NCBI GenBank assembly: GCA_016861205.1
Contig: BOKX01000001.1
Location: 392,539-456,538, forward strand
From: Patescibacteria group bacterium
GTDB taxonomy: Bacteria > Patescibacteriota > Microgenomatia > UBA1400 > PJMF01
Length of the DNA: 64,000 bases
Direction of reading: 5' to 3'
Below are positions 1 to 10,402 of this stretch, one piece after another. Every line of letters begins with the position of its first letter. Within the stretch, counting starts at the first letter, position 1. The position numbers and the translations under genes were made by a program. The notes under the pieces were generated by a model. It was not told where the DNA came from and ran no database searches. It saw nothing but the letters and a program-made list of their open reading frames with translations.

Positions 1-480
1 ACGTTAGCTGCCTTTCAAATCATTGCAAAAGAGAACCCCACCATTAAGTTGTTGATCGGCGGTGCTGGACCGGAGAGCCAGTTTATTAAAAAGTTTATTC
101 GCACCCAACAACTGGAACAGAGTATTATCTATTTGGGTCCCATCTCCAACGACGCTAAAGAGGCGTTTTTTGCGCGTGGTGAGTGCTTGATTCAACCCTC
201 ATACTCAGAAGGTTTTGGTCTAGTATATGCTGAGGCAGCCGTCAGAAAAAAAGTGCTGATTGCCACCGATGTGGCAGATCTCAAACACACCTTTGGCAAT
301 CAGATATATTGGTGCCAAAAACAAAGTGTGAAAAGCCTAGTTGAGGCAATTCAAACGGTGCTCAATGAGCCTAATTTCTCTCATCTCAACTATGCGCCGA
401 TAATTCCACGCTACAACCTGCAAAAAATTGCCGACTCCATCCTGGAAGTTGCTTTTCAAGACAATGTTTCCAACAGCTGA
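1..480 (+). CDS. Glycosyltransferase family 4, C-terminal part (5'-truncated by window edge)
   Basis: Frame is open from base 1; GT4 motif PSYSEGFGLVYAEA. Confidence 0.85.
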   Translation, partial: TLAAFQIIAKENPTIKLLIGGAGPESQFIKKFIRTQQLEQSIIYLGPISNDAKEAFFARGECLIQPSYSEGFGLVYAEAAVRKKVLIATDVADLKHTFGNQIYWCQKQSVKSLVEAIQTVLNEPNFSHLNYAPIIPRYNLQKIADSILEVAFQDNVSNS

Positions 481-1535
481 AGTATCTGTTTCGCCCCCTC
501 ATGATAACTGAGCTGTTTCAAGTGCACCACCCGTTTGGGGGTACGTAGTAGCTTCAGAATCTTTGGTGCATCCGCCTCTGCTGAAAAAGTAAACTCGTGC
601 AGAAGTGCCTGAACGTCTGGCAAGTATGGTTGTTTATTGCCGACAATTGTCGGCAGGCCGGCATTCAGCGCCTCGTAAACCGGAAAACCAAACCCCTCAT
701 ACACACTGGGAAATACAAACATTTTCGCGTCATGATACAGTCTAGCTAGCTTTGCCAAGGACACTTTGGGAAACCAATACAACCCTGGTGTAGCACGCAG
801 CTGATCCGACAATTCAAACAACTGGTTGCCATTGTGGCCAACCAACACCAGCTTGAGGTCAGGACGAGCTGCCAGAATTTTGGGCCACAACTCTAATAGA
901 TACATAATCCTTTTGTGCGGATAAAAAGCACTCACACACAGAATATAGTTGTCTGTGACCAACTTCGGTTCAGATGGTTTGGTAAGTAGAGTTAAAAACC
1001 ATTCATCGAGCCCCGGCAAAACAACTTTGATGCGTTCGCTCAAACTCGGAAAGTAGTGCTGCAGTCTCGCCTGTGAAAAAGGTGAGTCGGTCACAATCAG
1101 CTGACTGCGATGAGCAGACTGGGTAATCAAAAAGTTAAGTAGTTGATTCTGAAGCCAGGCCGTGTCTTCTGGATGGTCCTTCCAGTTTGCATCATGAATG
1201 GTCGTAACTTTTGCAAAGTTACCCCACAGTGGCCCAAAGTAACCATATGAATGGAGCACGGCACAACCAGCCGCAGACACCTTGAGGGGAAAGGCCACCT
1301 GCTCATACAGCAGTCTTGCAACTCTGGCTTTGCCAGATATGGGACACAAAACTTTTTTCCACTGAGGATGATCTACCGAAAAGGTCTCGAAGTTCTCTTT
1401 GTTACAAAAAAGTACAAACCTATGTTCAGTTTTGAGTTGTTGGAGATACTTCACGAACGATCGCAAGTGATACTCAGTTCCGCCCACTGCATTTGGAACT
1501 AGAAATAAGGCGTTAATACCAATTACTTTTTTCAT
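456..1535 (-). CDS. Glycosyltransferase family 4 (MtfB-like)
   Basis: GGTEYH, TTIHD, HKR and FPSVYEGFGFPVYEA motifs. Confidence 0.9.
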   Translation of the reverse strand: MKKVIGINALFLVPNAVGGTEYHLRSFVKYLQQLKTEHRFVLFCNKENFETFSVDHPQWKKVLCPISGKARVARLLYEQVAFPLKVSAAGCAVLHSYGYFGPLWGNFAKVTTIHDANWKDHPEDTAWLQNQLLNFLITQSAHRSQLIVTDSPFSQARLQHYFPSLSERIKVVLPGLDEWFLTLLTKPSEPKLVTDNYILCVSAFYPHKRIMYLLELWPKILAARPDLKLVLVGHNGNQLFELSDQLRATPGLYWFPKVSLAKLARLYHDAKMFVFPSVYEGFGFPVYEALNAGLPTIVGNKQPYLPDVQALLHEFTFSAEADAPKILKLLRTPKRVVHLKQLSYHEGAKQILQLLETLS

Positions 1536-2953
1536 GTTTCTTTAAACCAGTTATTCCATACTGGGCAGCTCAAAATGTAAAACCAAATTAAGGCAACGAG
1601 AAACATACTCATTCTCATGACTGACCCGCCGATTTGATCCCAAGTCACAAACACAAAACTAAAAATATACGTCCCAGTAAAGATCAAGATCAAAGTTGCC
1701 CAAATCGTGCCATTCATTACCAATAATCGATACCAGTTTTGATGTCGCAAATCATGCCATTGGACCGCCAGCCATGGTACAAACAGGTAATTAATTAGCG
1801 GCCAAACATAGGCCAGTAAGTACCGAAAAACTGCCAAAATATGGCTGCCTTGTGTACTCAATGGTTGGGTGAGAATGTGTAAATAACTGACCGGAATAAC
1901 TTGAGAAATAATTGACAGCAATTTAGTACCCAGATTGGTTTGTTGGCTCTGTTCATTGTTTGGCAAAGCTACTTGAACTGGTGACTGGCTTATCAAATAA
2001 ACCAAGTTGAGCCAGGCTCGCTTTGCTCCATATAAAACGAATACTCCTCCCACCGCAACGCTCCACGAGCGCTGCCTCAGTACTGCTATGGTCAACAAGC
2101 CAGCCCCTACTACCCAAAACGGCTCGCTCGACCGAACCCAGAGGCTCAAAGCCACCAGTAACGTACCTACCAACCAATCTCGGCTGGGTGTCTTCCTATC
2201 ACCGGCTAACCACAAATACACAATCCCCAAAGCTAAAAATGCACTATAAGCCAGATTGGTATAGGCGACCGTGGCATGTTCCAAAAAATGTGGCGAGTAG
2301 GCCAGTAGCACTGCCCCAAACAAGCTCACGCCTCGCGTTGTCCGTCTTCTCAGCAATGCATAAAAAGTGATGACGAACGACAGGTAGATCAGCGTGTACC
2401 AGACCTTAGCAGCTTGGAAACCTAGTGCATAGTTGGCTGCGTGCAGCAGCGAGGTGAATGGCGGATACTGAAAAAAGTAACCCAGAGTAAAACCTGATTT
2501 CCAACTCCCCTCAGCGATAAGAACCTTGGCCCGGAAATCATAGAGTGCTAACGCATCCCAATCAGTTACTGGCCAAACAACGTTGGGAATCAAGCTGAGC
2601 ACAACCGGAACTATCACCAGGACCACCAATATCTGCTGCCAGACCGGCAAGACAAAAAACTTGGTGATAAACGCCAACTCAAACCACCGTCCACCTTGAA
2701 GCTTGTAAAGCGTCCCCAGCGAGACCAGGTTGAAAATGAGAACCGCTCCAACCAGCTCAGCAGTAAATGGGATTCGCAGTCCCAGGTGCGCAGCCAATAA
2801 GACTATGGTCAACCACGCCGAACCAAGTAGACCAGCCAAACCCAGCCGTTCCCAATTGTGTGCAACCCCCAGCAATCGAGTTAACCACCAACCACTAAAC
2901 CAGGTACTACCAAATAAAAACCCGGCCGATAGTATCTGACTGATTGTGTTCAT
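1532..2953 (-). CDS. Multi-TM GT-C-like (PMT/ArnT-like) membrane glycosyltransferase
   Basis: About 12 hydrophobic segments; WDALALY..YPP first external loop; cluster context. Confidence 0.65.
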   Translation of the reverse strand: MNTISQILSAGFLFGSTWFSGWWLTRLLGVAHNWERLGLAGLLGSAWLTIVLLAAHLGLRIPFTAELVGAVLIFNLVSLGTLYKLQGGRWFELAFITKFFVLPVWQQILVVLVIVPVVLSLIPNVVWPVTDWDALALYDFRAKVLIAEGSWKSGFTLGYFFQYPPFTSLLHAANYALGFQAAKVWYTLIYLSFVITFYALLRRRTTRGVSLFGAVLLAYSPHFLEHATVAYTNLAYSAFLALGIVYLWLAGDRKTPSRDWLVGTLLVALSLWVRSSEPFWVVGAGLLTIAVLRQRSWSVAVGGVFVLYGAKRAWLNLVYLISQSPVQVALPNNEQSQQTNLGTKLLSIISQVIPVSYLHILTQPLSTQGSHILAVFRYLLAYVWPLINYLFVPWLAVQWHDLRHQNWYRLLVMNGTIWATLILIFTGTYIFSFVFVTWDQIGGSVMRMSMFLVALIWFYILSCPVWNNWFKET

Positions 2954-2983
2954 TCCCCCAATCGCTTTCCGATTATGTACATA

Positions 2984-3970
2984 TTATCGCTTTAATTTTA
3001 AAATGCCCCAAAAATCCTGATATTTTATGGGGTCGTAGCCCTCGTTTCTGATCAATGTTTCAGCTTGACTATCTCGATCAATAAATGACAGGAACTCAAC
3101 TTGCCTCGCAGGTATCGTGATCTTGGGCCAGCCACACTCAACATTGATACATTCACCCTTTGCAATAAGGATGTACTCAGCGTTTGGTGGAATTTGATTG
3201 TCAGCCATCATATGTACCAGACGACGTGGATAGAGGTACCACCGAAGATACTCAACATTCCCTTCCATCTTCCAGTCGTCGCTCTGTGGGGGAAGCACAA
3301 TGACCGCATTTTCGGGTGTTATCCTTTTTATAAACTGAGAGTAGGGCCAAATCCAACCGTAATAATGAACACCCCCCAGCTGCGATGTAATTCGTTCAAA
3401 GTAGGGCGTTGGTAGATTTTGAAGGGCTCGCACTGAGGTAGACAGCAGCTGGCTCATACCCAGTTGCAGTTGCCACACACCCACCGCGAGCATCAAAAGT
3501 GCCACCGCACTCCACAGCTTGATCTTGATGTATGGTCGCAAATCAAACTTGAGCGACCACCACAAGCCAACGGCTAGGAGTAACCACCTGAGTAAGTACC
3601 AAAAAGGCAATGTGATCAACCGGTGCAACTTTAACGTAAAAAACCACCCAGGAACATCAAAGCGGTAAATATTAACCACTAAGCATCCAACCTGAAATAC
3701 CAAGGCCAAAGCTACCCCACCTAACAACAGCCCTACTCCTTTTAAGAACCGGCTTTGCCAGCTGGTGGTTGTAAACTGCACACCACACACCAGTATCAAA
3801 ATAAGCGCGACTTGATATCCAGCCGCGACTGCTGGGTCAAAGGGATACTTAACAGCTGTCCACGTGTTTACACCGGCAAACAAACCGAAGATCAGCAAAA
3901 GCCACAGTGGCAGAGTCTTTTTGAGACCCGCTCCACCGTTCCTGGGCTGCGTTACTGTAACACTCGGCAT
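2984..3970 (-). CDS. Hypothetical membrane protein with soluble C-terminal domain
   Basis: About 5 TM segments then TPENAVIVLPP...YLYPRRL; start codon uncertain. Confidence 0.6.
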   Translation of the reverse strand: MPSVTVTQPRNGGAGLKKTLPLWLLLIFGLFAGVNTWTAVKYPFDPAVAAGYQVALILILVCGVQFTTTSWQSRFLKGVGLLLGGVALALVFQVGCLVVNIYRFDVPGWFFTLKLHRLITLPFWYLLRWLLLAVGLWWSLKFDLRPYIKIKLWSAVALLMLAVGVWQLQLGMSQLLSTSVRALQNLPTPYFERITSQLGGVHYYGWIWPYSQFIKRITPENAVIVLPPQSDDWKMEGNVEYLRWYLYPRRLVHMMADNQIPPNAEYILIAKGECINVECGWPKITIPARQVEFLSFIDRDSQAETLIRNEGYDPIKYQDFWGILKLKR

Positions 3971-5664
3971 TCTGTCTCAACGATACCAGATAAAACCAAC
4001 GAGTAGCAACCAGCTTCCGATTGTGGTAGCTCAGGCAGTGGCCGGTAGGCATTATTGCCTTCCACAGATATCTGCTCAAGTTGTCGAGCCAACCCAGCTT
4101 CCAAACCTGGTGATACTGTTGTTTCGTCATAACCATGCAATCGTAGATAAAATGGGTTGCTAATTTCCTGAGCTGTCAGAAATACCCGATAACTGTAAAT
4201 CGGCTCGTAATCCCATACTGATGCACTCTCCACCACGACCGGGACTTGTGGATGAGACCGCAACTCGGCAGCAATCTTCTCAATGTACGCCGTAAATGCC
4301 CTTGTTCGGGTCGCGTTTTCTGCGACCGCAACTTTGGTACTCACAAAGCCACGCATTATAACCAAACAGCCTAGCCCCAACAGAAAGCCCCATTTGATTC
4401 CCCCCGTAACAGCGGTTGGCAACTTTAGCTGTCGCAGCAAACTCACCACTAGCCAGAGCAAGACCAAATAGTACATCGGCTCATAAAGTAAGCCAGGGAA
4501 ATCGTATCGATTGTGATCTGGCCAGTGACCGTTGTAAAACACAAACTGCGTGATGAACAATGCCCACAATCCCATCAGGTATATTCCCGCCCGCAGCTGA
4601 GTGGGAAGTAACTTCTGGGTGTCAGGGTTTCTGGTCAACCACGTCAGGGATGTCAGACCTACCAGCAAGCCTATGGTAACCATCAGCTGCTTGCTTTGAT
4701 GAGTTTTAAAACTCAGAATGAGAATCTGGGTCCGACTTTGAGCAGATGTTGACTGAGCGTAAACATCTTGACCTGTGGTTAGGGTAGCTACCATCACTGC
4801 CCAAGTTACTAACGCTACCATAGCCACTTGTGCCACAAAACTTGTTATCGCCGGTAGCGTCAGTCGCCGATAGAACATGGTCCGCACAAACAGAACTGCC
4901 AACGGCACCACCATCAAAACCATGTTTTCTTTTGAGCCAACCGTAATGACTGCCCCTACCGCCAAGCCCAACCACCAGGTCCACTTGACGGGTCGCTTTG
5001 GTAGCGCCCGCCAAATGATGGCAAAACACCACAACCCTAAAGCTAGGCCAAACACTAGGTATGCTTCTGATGGACCCAATCGAGCCAGCACATCTTTCCA
5101 GAAATCATAGGAAAAAATGTAGAGTGTTACTACACCGCCACCAACCCAGCCTAATAATGGTGTACTCAGCCACCAAATAACAGCTAAAAAGCTGGTCATA
5201 AACAATAACCGGGTAACATACCAACCAGTCGGATTGTTATCCCAAGCAGCTGTCTCAAACAAACGTAGGGTTTGGTAGACTGGACGGTAGCGTGGTACTT
5301 TGCCCGGTAAGGCTGCTTCACTCTGTACCCAGCGCTCGGGAATATCTTGCAGGCTCATCTTGCCATCTGATCCCAAGTTATTCATGATTTCATGGTCATC
5401 AATGACACCCCATTTGGCTGTGATGTTTGGCCAGTAAATACTCAGGACCATGGCGAGCGAAAGCAGTCCAGTGGCCAACCAACGCAGCTTCATAAGCCAT
5501 GCTTGTTTGGGAGAACCAGCCAGCCACCAAATCCCGTATGCACCAAACCAAGCTGCTAATAGATACGTTAACGGCTGCGTCACCAAAAATCTTGGTTCAA
5601 ATTCGAAATAAGCCAAGGTCATGACCGCAAAGAGTACACTCAATATGCCGTCTTTTGCTTTCAT
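3952..5664 (-). CDS. Multi-TM GT-C-like membrane protein
   Basis: IDDHE acidic loop, RYRP, many TM helices, C-terminal soluble domain. Confidence 0.6.
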   Translation of the reverse strand: MKAKDGILSVLFAVMTLAYFEFEPRFLVTQPLTYLLAAWFGAYGIWWLAGSPKQAWLMKLRWLATGLLSLAMVLSIYWPNITAKWGVIDDHEIMNNLGSDGKMSLQDIPERWVQSEAALPGKVPRYRPVYQTLRLFETAAWDNNPTGWYVTRLLFMTSFLAVIWWLSTPLLGWVGGGVVTLYIFSYDFWKDVLARLGPSEAYLVFGLALGLWCFAIIWRALPKRPVKWTWWLGLAVGAVITVGSKENMVLMVVPLAVLFVRTMFYRRLTLPAITSFVAQVAMVALVTWAVMVATLTTGQDVYAQSTSAQSRTQILILSFKTHQSKQLMVTIGLLVGLTSLTWLTRNPDTQKLLPTQLRAGIYLMGLWALFITQFVFYNGHWPDHNRYDFPGLLYEPMYYLVLLWLVVSLLRQLKLPTAVTGGIKWGFLLGLGCLVIMRGFVSTKVAVAENATRTRAFTAYIEKIAAELRSHPQVPVVVESASVWDYEPIYSYRVFLTAQEISNPFYLRLHGYDETTVSPGLEAGLARQLEQISVEGNNAYRPLPELPQSEAGCYSLVLSGIVETECRVLQ

Positions 5665-6632
5665 ATTTTCTTGTCTTTCGCAATCTCTTCCCGGATCAGT
5701 GCGACTGGTCTGGCTTTTATTTCTTCGTAAATTGCAGCTAAATACACCCCAACCAACCCAATAAAAAGTGACAAAAAACCACCGACAACTAACAGTACAA
5801 AGGTGACACTCGCCCAGCCACTGACCACGTCTCCCACCACCAGCTTTACATACAAAACGTACACCGCGTACACCAGTGCCGCGATAAATAAACCAACGCT
5901 AAAAAAAGAAGCTAGCTGTAACGGAACCGCTGTAAACGCAGTTACACCACTAAACGCTAAACTCCACATCTTATGCCAAGTATATTTACTCTCACCAACC
6001 ATACGAGCTGGGGCCTGAAACGGTAAAATAATAGTCTTGAAACCAATCCACCCCACCATGCCTCGCAAGAATTTTCGACCCTCAGGCAGTGATAGCAAGG
6101 CATCAAGGGCCGTCCGATTCATCGAGCGAAAGTCTGAACCATTGATCGTGATTCGGGTTTCACTCATCAAATTAATCAGGGTGTAAAAACTCTGCGAAGC
6201 GACTCGTTTCAGCCAAGGAACCCGGTCGGTATCTGTGCGCTCAGTCAAAACGATGTCGTAACCTTGGTGGTGTAGTTTCAACATGTCCAAGATCAGTTCA
6301 GGTGGATGCTGTAAGTCACCGTCCATTGTTACGATGATTCGACCTTTGGCTGCTCTCAAACCTACAAACAGCGCTGCTTGATGTCCAAAGTTTCGCGACA
6401 AACTAATAATGTGACATTGCCATGGCTGGCGAGCATTCTTCAACGTTTCCAAAGTCATGTCACTGCTGCCGTCATCGACCAAAATCAGCTCAGTTGCCGC
6501 CGGCAGTTGTCGAGCCAAACGGGTCAATGATTGAAGCAAATCAGGGATCACCTCAGCTTCATTAAAAAGGGGAATAACTATCGAAAGCTCGGGTACACGC
6601 GGTAGTGGCGACGTTAGCTTTCGGGCTGCCAT
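5661..6632 (-). CDS. GT2 polyprenyl-phosphate glycosyltransferase (GtrB/ArnC-like)
   Basis: VDDGSSD, LSRNFGHQAA, MDGDLQHPP motifs; two C-terminal TMs; start moved to ATG 6632. Confidence 0.9.
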   Translation of the reverse strand: MAARKLTSPLPRVPELSIVIPLFNEAEVIPDLLQSLTRLARQLPAATELILVDDGSSDMTLETLKNARQPWQCHIISLSRNFGHQAALFVGLRAAKGRIIVTMDGDLQHPPELILDMLKLHHQGYDIVLTERTDTDRVPWLKRVASQSFYTLINLMSETRITINGSDFRSMNRTALDALLSLPEGRKFLRGMVGWIGFKTIILPFQAPARMVGESKYTWHKMWSLAFSGVTAFTAVPLQLASFFSVGLFIAALVYAVYVLYVKLVVGDVVSGWASVTFVLLVVGGFLSLFIGLVGVYLAAIYEEIKARPVALIREEIAKDKKI

Positions 6633-6640
6633 AGATTGTC

Positions 6641-7606
6641 TTACGTTCTGGGCTGTGCTAAATACCAATCAACTGTTCGCTGTAGACCTTCTGCAAACGG
6701 AACACTTGATTCAAAATCAAACTCTTGCTTCGCTCTTGTCACATCTAATTTTCGTCGTGGCTGTCCGTCTGGTTTACTCTCATCAAACACAATGTGTCCA
6801 GTATAACCAACGGCAGCCTTGATTGTTTCGGCTAGATCCTTAATGCTGATTTCAAAACTTGAGCCCAAGTTAACTGGCTCAGAGCCATTGTATCGCTCAG
6901 CAGCCAACAAAATACCTCGAGCTGCATCTTCAACATATAAAAACTCTCGTGTTGGTGTACCGGTGCCCCACACCACAACTTCAGGCTCTTGAAGTTGCTT
7001 AGCTTCAACAAACTTTCTGATCAAGGCTGGAATGACATGGCTTGATGCCGGATCAAAATTATCACCTGGACCATACATATTGACTGGCAGCAAATAAATA
7101 GCATTAAAATCGTACTGGCGTCGATACGCCTGCGCTTGAACTAGCAACATTTTCTTAGCCAAGCCATAAGGCGCATTAGTTTCCTCAGGATATCCATTCC
7201 ACAAATCAACTTCTTTGAAAGGCACCGGCGTGTACTTGGGATAAGCGCAGATCGTGCCCAACCCCACAAACTTGCTTACGCCTGACTTGCGAGCTTCTTC
7301 CATGATATGAACGCCCATTAAAAGGTTGTCATAAAATAAAGAACCGGGATACTCGAGGTTGTAACCAATCCCACCCACATTGGCAGCCAAATGGATAACT
7401 ACATCAACACCCTTTGTTACTTCAGCGCAAACCGCTTGATCTCGTAGATCAGCTTCCTGGGAACGCGGAACTCTCAGCTCTGACAGCGGCAGAGACTCCA
7501 AGAGTTTAGTTACTTGCCGGCCAACAAACCCGTGTCCACCAGTAACTAAGACCCGCAACCCTTGCCATGACTGGGGATTAAGAGAGACCTGCTCTGAATT
7601 TGGCAT
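6641..7606 (-). CDS. fcl: GDP-L-fucose synthase
   Basis: [45 protein letters not shown]. Confidence 0.93.
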   Translation of the reverse strand: MPNSEQVSLNPQSWQGLRVLVTGGHGFVGRQVTKLLESLPLSELRVPRSQEADLRDQAVCAEVTKGVDVVIHLAANVGGIGYNLEYPGSLFYDNLLMGVHIMEEARKSGVSKFVGLGTICAYPKYTPVPFKEVDLWNGYPEETNAPYGLAKKMLLVQAQAYRRQYDFNAIYLLPVNMYGPGDNFDPASSHVIPALIRKFVEAKQLQEPEVVVWGTGTPTREFLYVEDAARGILLAAERYNGSEPVNLGSSFEISIKDLAETIKAAVGYTGHIVFDESKPDGQPRRKLDVTRAKQEFDFESSVPFAEGLQRTVDWYLAQPRT

Positions 7607-7608
7607 AC

Positions 7609-8403
7609 CTATTTCAACAGTGTGTAAGCTAGTGCAATCAGCCTATTATGCACATTCTGCCAGAAAAGCCAAGGTGATTTTTGACTGTGTTGAGTTGCAA
7701 CTTGGAGTTGTTCGGCAAATTGTGCCTTAAAATTCAACGTCCCTTTAGCCGTTTGATGGACTCGGAACGCTGCCAGCTTTGCTGGTGAAATTAGGGGGGC
7801 TCCAAATTTTTTCCACATTTTCAACCAATAGTCATAATCCATGGTGTACTGCAAATGCTCGTTCATCTCACCCAACTCGAGCAGTGCCGAAACCTTCATA
7901 AAGGTGGCTGGTTGGGGAATTGGATTAAGAATTAAGAGTGTTGAAAAGGTCATCCAACTTCGCCACAACCGCTTGTAGTAGCGAATCGGTTGTTGAATCT
8001 CTTGACCGGTCTGGTTAACAATGAGACACTCACCTGTTAACCAAAATCTGGCCGGCTGCTGTAGCAGTTCGCTGGCCACGCGTTCTAACGCATGTGGTAA
8101 GTAGTAATCATCAGAGTTCAGGTAAGCCCAAACTTCTGAGTCGGGATTTTTTGATAGACGACGGATTTCAGCGATGCCCTTATTGATAGCATGAGTCTGC
8201 CCTCGATCAGGTTCCGAGACTACTTTTATCCGAGAACCAAAGGTTTTCAGCACACTGAGAGTGTTGTCACTTGAACCTCCATCAAAGACCAAGCATGTGA
8301 CATGCACATTCGTCTGCTGCAACACACTTTCCACAGTTTGTCGGATATATGAACCCTGGTTAAAGCTCGGAATGATGATGAAAAAATGCGGTTTATCTGT
8401 CAC
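7609..8403 (-). CDS. GT2 glycosyltransferase (WcaE/WfgS-like)
   Basis: IPSFNQG, DGGSSD, SEPDRGQ..AINKG, LNSDD, MDYDYW. Confidence 0.9.
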   Translation of the reverse strand: MTDKPHFFIIIPSFNQGSYIRQTVESVLQQTNVHVTCLVFDGGSSDNTLSVLKTFGSRIKVVSEPDRGQTHAINKGIAEIRRLSKNPDSEVWAYLNSDDYYLPHALERVASELLQQPARFWLTGECLIVNQTGQEIQQPIRYYKRLWRSWMTFSTLLILNPIPQPATFMKVSALLELGEMNEHLQYTMDYDYWLKMWKKFGAPLISPAKLAAFRVHQTAKGTLNFKAQFAEQLQVATQHSQKSPWLFWQNVHNRLIALAYTLLK

Positions 8404-8405
8404 GC

Positions 8406-8747
8406 CTATTTCTTAGAAGGCACACGGACTTCTTTAATCGCTAGTTGTTTAATAAGATACTCAACGCGCTGCTTAACTTGCTTTTGGGTAAAGTAACTCA
8501 TAAAAATCAAGAAGGTCAAAATCATTAATGCCCCAACCACCAATAAATCAAACACTCTCGAAAAGCGCAAAATCTGGGTGATCCCCAGCAACAAATTGGG
8601 AAATAAGGCAATAACAATAAATACTAACCACAGGCTCAACCAGAAACCAGCCTCCGCTGAATTTAAGACTTTCTTTTTTGTGAATATGAAAATCTCATAA
8701 ATCATCCACAGTCCAAATAAAACAGCTCCGAGTTGAAACAATGTCAT
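8406..8747 (-). CDS. DUF2304-family small membrane protein
   Basis: 113 aa, 3 TM, W...FP...G..R..D pattern; directly downstream of a DPM-synthase-like GT2. Confidence 0.75.
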   Translation of the reverse strand: MTLFQLGAVLFGLWMIYEIFIFTKKKVLNSAEAGFWLSLWLVFIVIALFPNLLLGITQILRFSRVFDLLVVGALMILTFLIFMSYFTQKQVKQRVEYLIKQLAIKEVRVPSKK

Positions 8748-9415
8748 AAAGTCACTTTCAACTTAACTAGATACCACAAAATAGGGATAACATCTAACAT
8801 TGTCATACCCTTATTTGTATCATGATACACAGTTTTTATCCTGACATAATCATAGCGAAGTTTGGCTTTTGCTGTGCGGGCGGCAATCTCAAGCTCAACC
8901 GCATAGTTATGAGCTTCCCAAGCAATCGTCTGGTAAGCCTGGCGAGTGAAAGCTTTAAACCCAGAGGGAATGTCCAAAATGTATTCCCCAAAAACCAGAT
9001 ATGTCAAAAACGACCCCAACCGATTCATCTTGAGCCTGAGCCAAGGCATCTCCTTGGGCTCTTGGCGTATACCAAACACCACTTGGCTACCTCTGCCGAA
9101 GGCTGCGAAAAAGAGTGGTAGTTCACTCGCTTCGTGTTGATCATCCGCATCCATCATGACCACTGCGTCCGCACCAAGCTGGCTAAACGCATACTCACAA
9201 CCTGTCTTCATGGCTGCACCTTTACCTAAGTTCAGCCTATGGCGAATGACATGAACCGGAAAGGTGAGAGCCTGGGCGCAGGTGTTGTCGCTCGAACCAT
9301 CATCGACCACAATGACTTGGCTCGTTTCCGCTAGAACTTTGCTCAATACACGAGAAATATAGTTGGTTTCGTTGTAAGCTGGGATCACAACCCAGATGTT
9401 CTGTTTGATTTTCAT
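8744..9415 (-). CDS. GT2, DPM/DPG-synthase-like
   Basis: IPAYNE, VDDGSSD, NLGKGAA, DADDQH, SGFKAF. Confidence 0.9.
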   Translation of the reverse strand: MKIKQNIWVVIPAYNETNYISRVLSKVLAETSQVIVVDDGSSDNTCAQALTFPVHVIRHRLNLGKGAAMKTGCEYAFSQLGADAVVMMDADDQHEASELPLFFAAFGRGSQVVFGIRQEPKEMPWLRLKMNRLGSFLTYLVFGEYILDIPSGFKAFTRQAYQTIAWEAHNYAVELEIAARTAKAKLRYDYVRIKTVYHDTNKGMTMLDVIPILWYLVKLKVTL

Positions 9416-9467
9416 GTCACCCGCAGCTGCCAGCCTCAGTAGTGAGATCTGATTTATGCTTTGTCAC

Positions 9468-10388
9468 TTAAGACTGTTGACGATACCACTCAGCCACTCG
9501 CTGAATACCTTCGTCTACTGCCACAGTCGGTTCCCAACCCAAAATTTCTTTGGCTTTTTGATACGATAGACAACTCTCAGTCTGTTCACCAGGTCGTTCA
9601 GGACCATGTTCTTCGGGAATGTTAGCTTGCATGGCCGCTACCACTTTGCGGAAAACCTCGTTGGTGCTGATCTGCACCCCAGTACCAATATTTAAGGCCC
9701 CAACAAAGTCGCTGCTCAAGGCTAGTTCGTTCGCTCTAACCACGTCACTAACATACACATAATCACGAGTATGTGTGCCGTCACCGTTAATAACAGGGGC
9801 CTTGCCAGCTTGAATCATATCCATAAAAATGGCGACCACCCCAGACTCGCCGTGAGGATTCTGTCGCGGTCCATACACGTTGGCATATCGCAAACAAGTG
9901 TAAGGAATCTTGTACTGTTCGAAGTAGTAATTTAAGTACAACTCTCCTGAGCGTTTAGAGACACCATAAGGTGAGAGCGGCTCTTCCTTCATGGTCTCGT
10001 CAAATGGGACCGGTTTGTTGCCATACATGGCACCACCAGTCGACGCCATGATGACTTTCTTTGTTCCTACCTCAACAGCGGCTTGCATGATGTTCAGTAA
10101 GCCAATGATGTTGTTCTGGGCGTCAAACTGAGGATCGCGAACTGAGTTGCCTACTTGAATGTGCGCTGCATGATGATTAATGACTTCAGGTTTTTCAGTT
10201 CGAATCAGTGATTGAATCGCCTCTTTGTCAGTAATGTCTACTTTCACAAACCGAGCCTTTGGGTTGAGGTTTTGTTCGACGCCACTCGACAAGTTGTCGG
10301 CAACTATCACCTCGTGACCCAACTCAACGTAGCGGTCAACCACATGAGAAGCAATAAATCCGGCACCACCGGTAACAATTATTTTCAT
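9468..10388 (-). CDS. NAD-dependent epimerase/dehydratase (UDP-glucose 4-epimerase-like)
   Basis: TGGAGFIA, STGGAMYG, YGVSK, YANVYGPRQ. Confidence 0.92.
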   Translation of the reverse strand: MKIIVTGGAGFIASHVVDRYVELGHEVIVADNLSSGVEQNLNPKARFVKVDITDKEAIQSLIRTEKPEVINHHAAHIQVGNSVRDPQFDAQNNIIGLLNIMQAAVEVGTKKVIMASTGGAMYGNKPVPFDETMKEEPLSPYGVSKRSGELYLNYYFEQYKIPYTCLRYANVYGPRQNPHGESGVVAIFMDMIQAGKAPVINGDGTHTRDYVYVSDVVRANELALSSDFVGALNIGTGVQISTNEVFRKVVAAMQANIPEEHGPERPGEQTESCLSYQKAKEILGWEPTVAVDEGIQRVAEWYRQQS

Positions 10389-10402
10389 ACTATCTCCTTC
10401 AC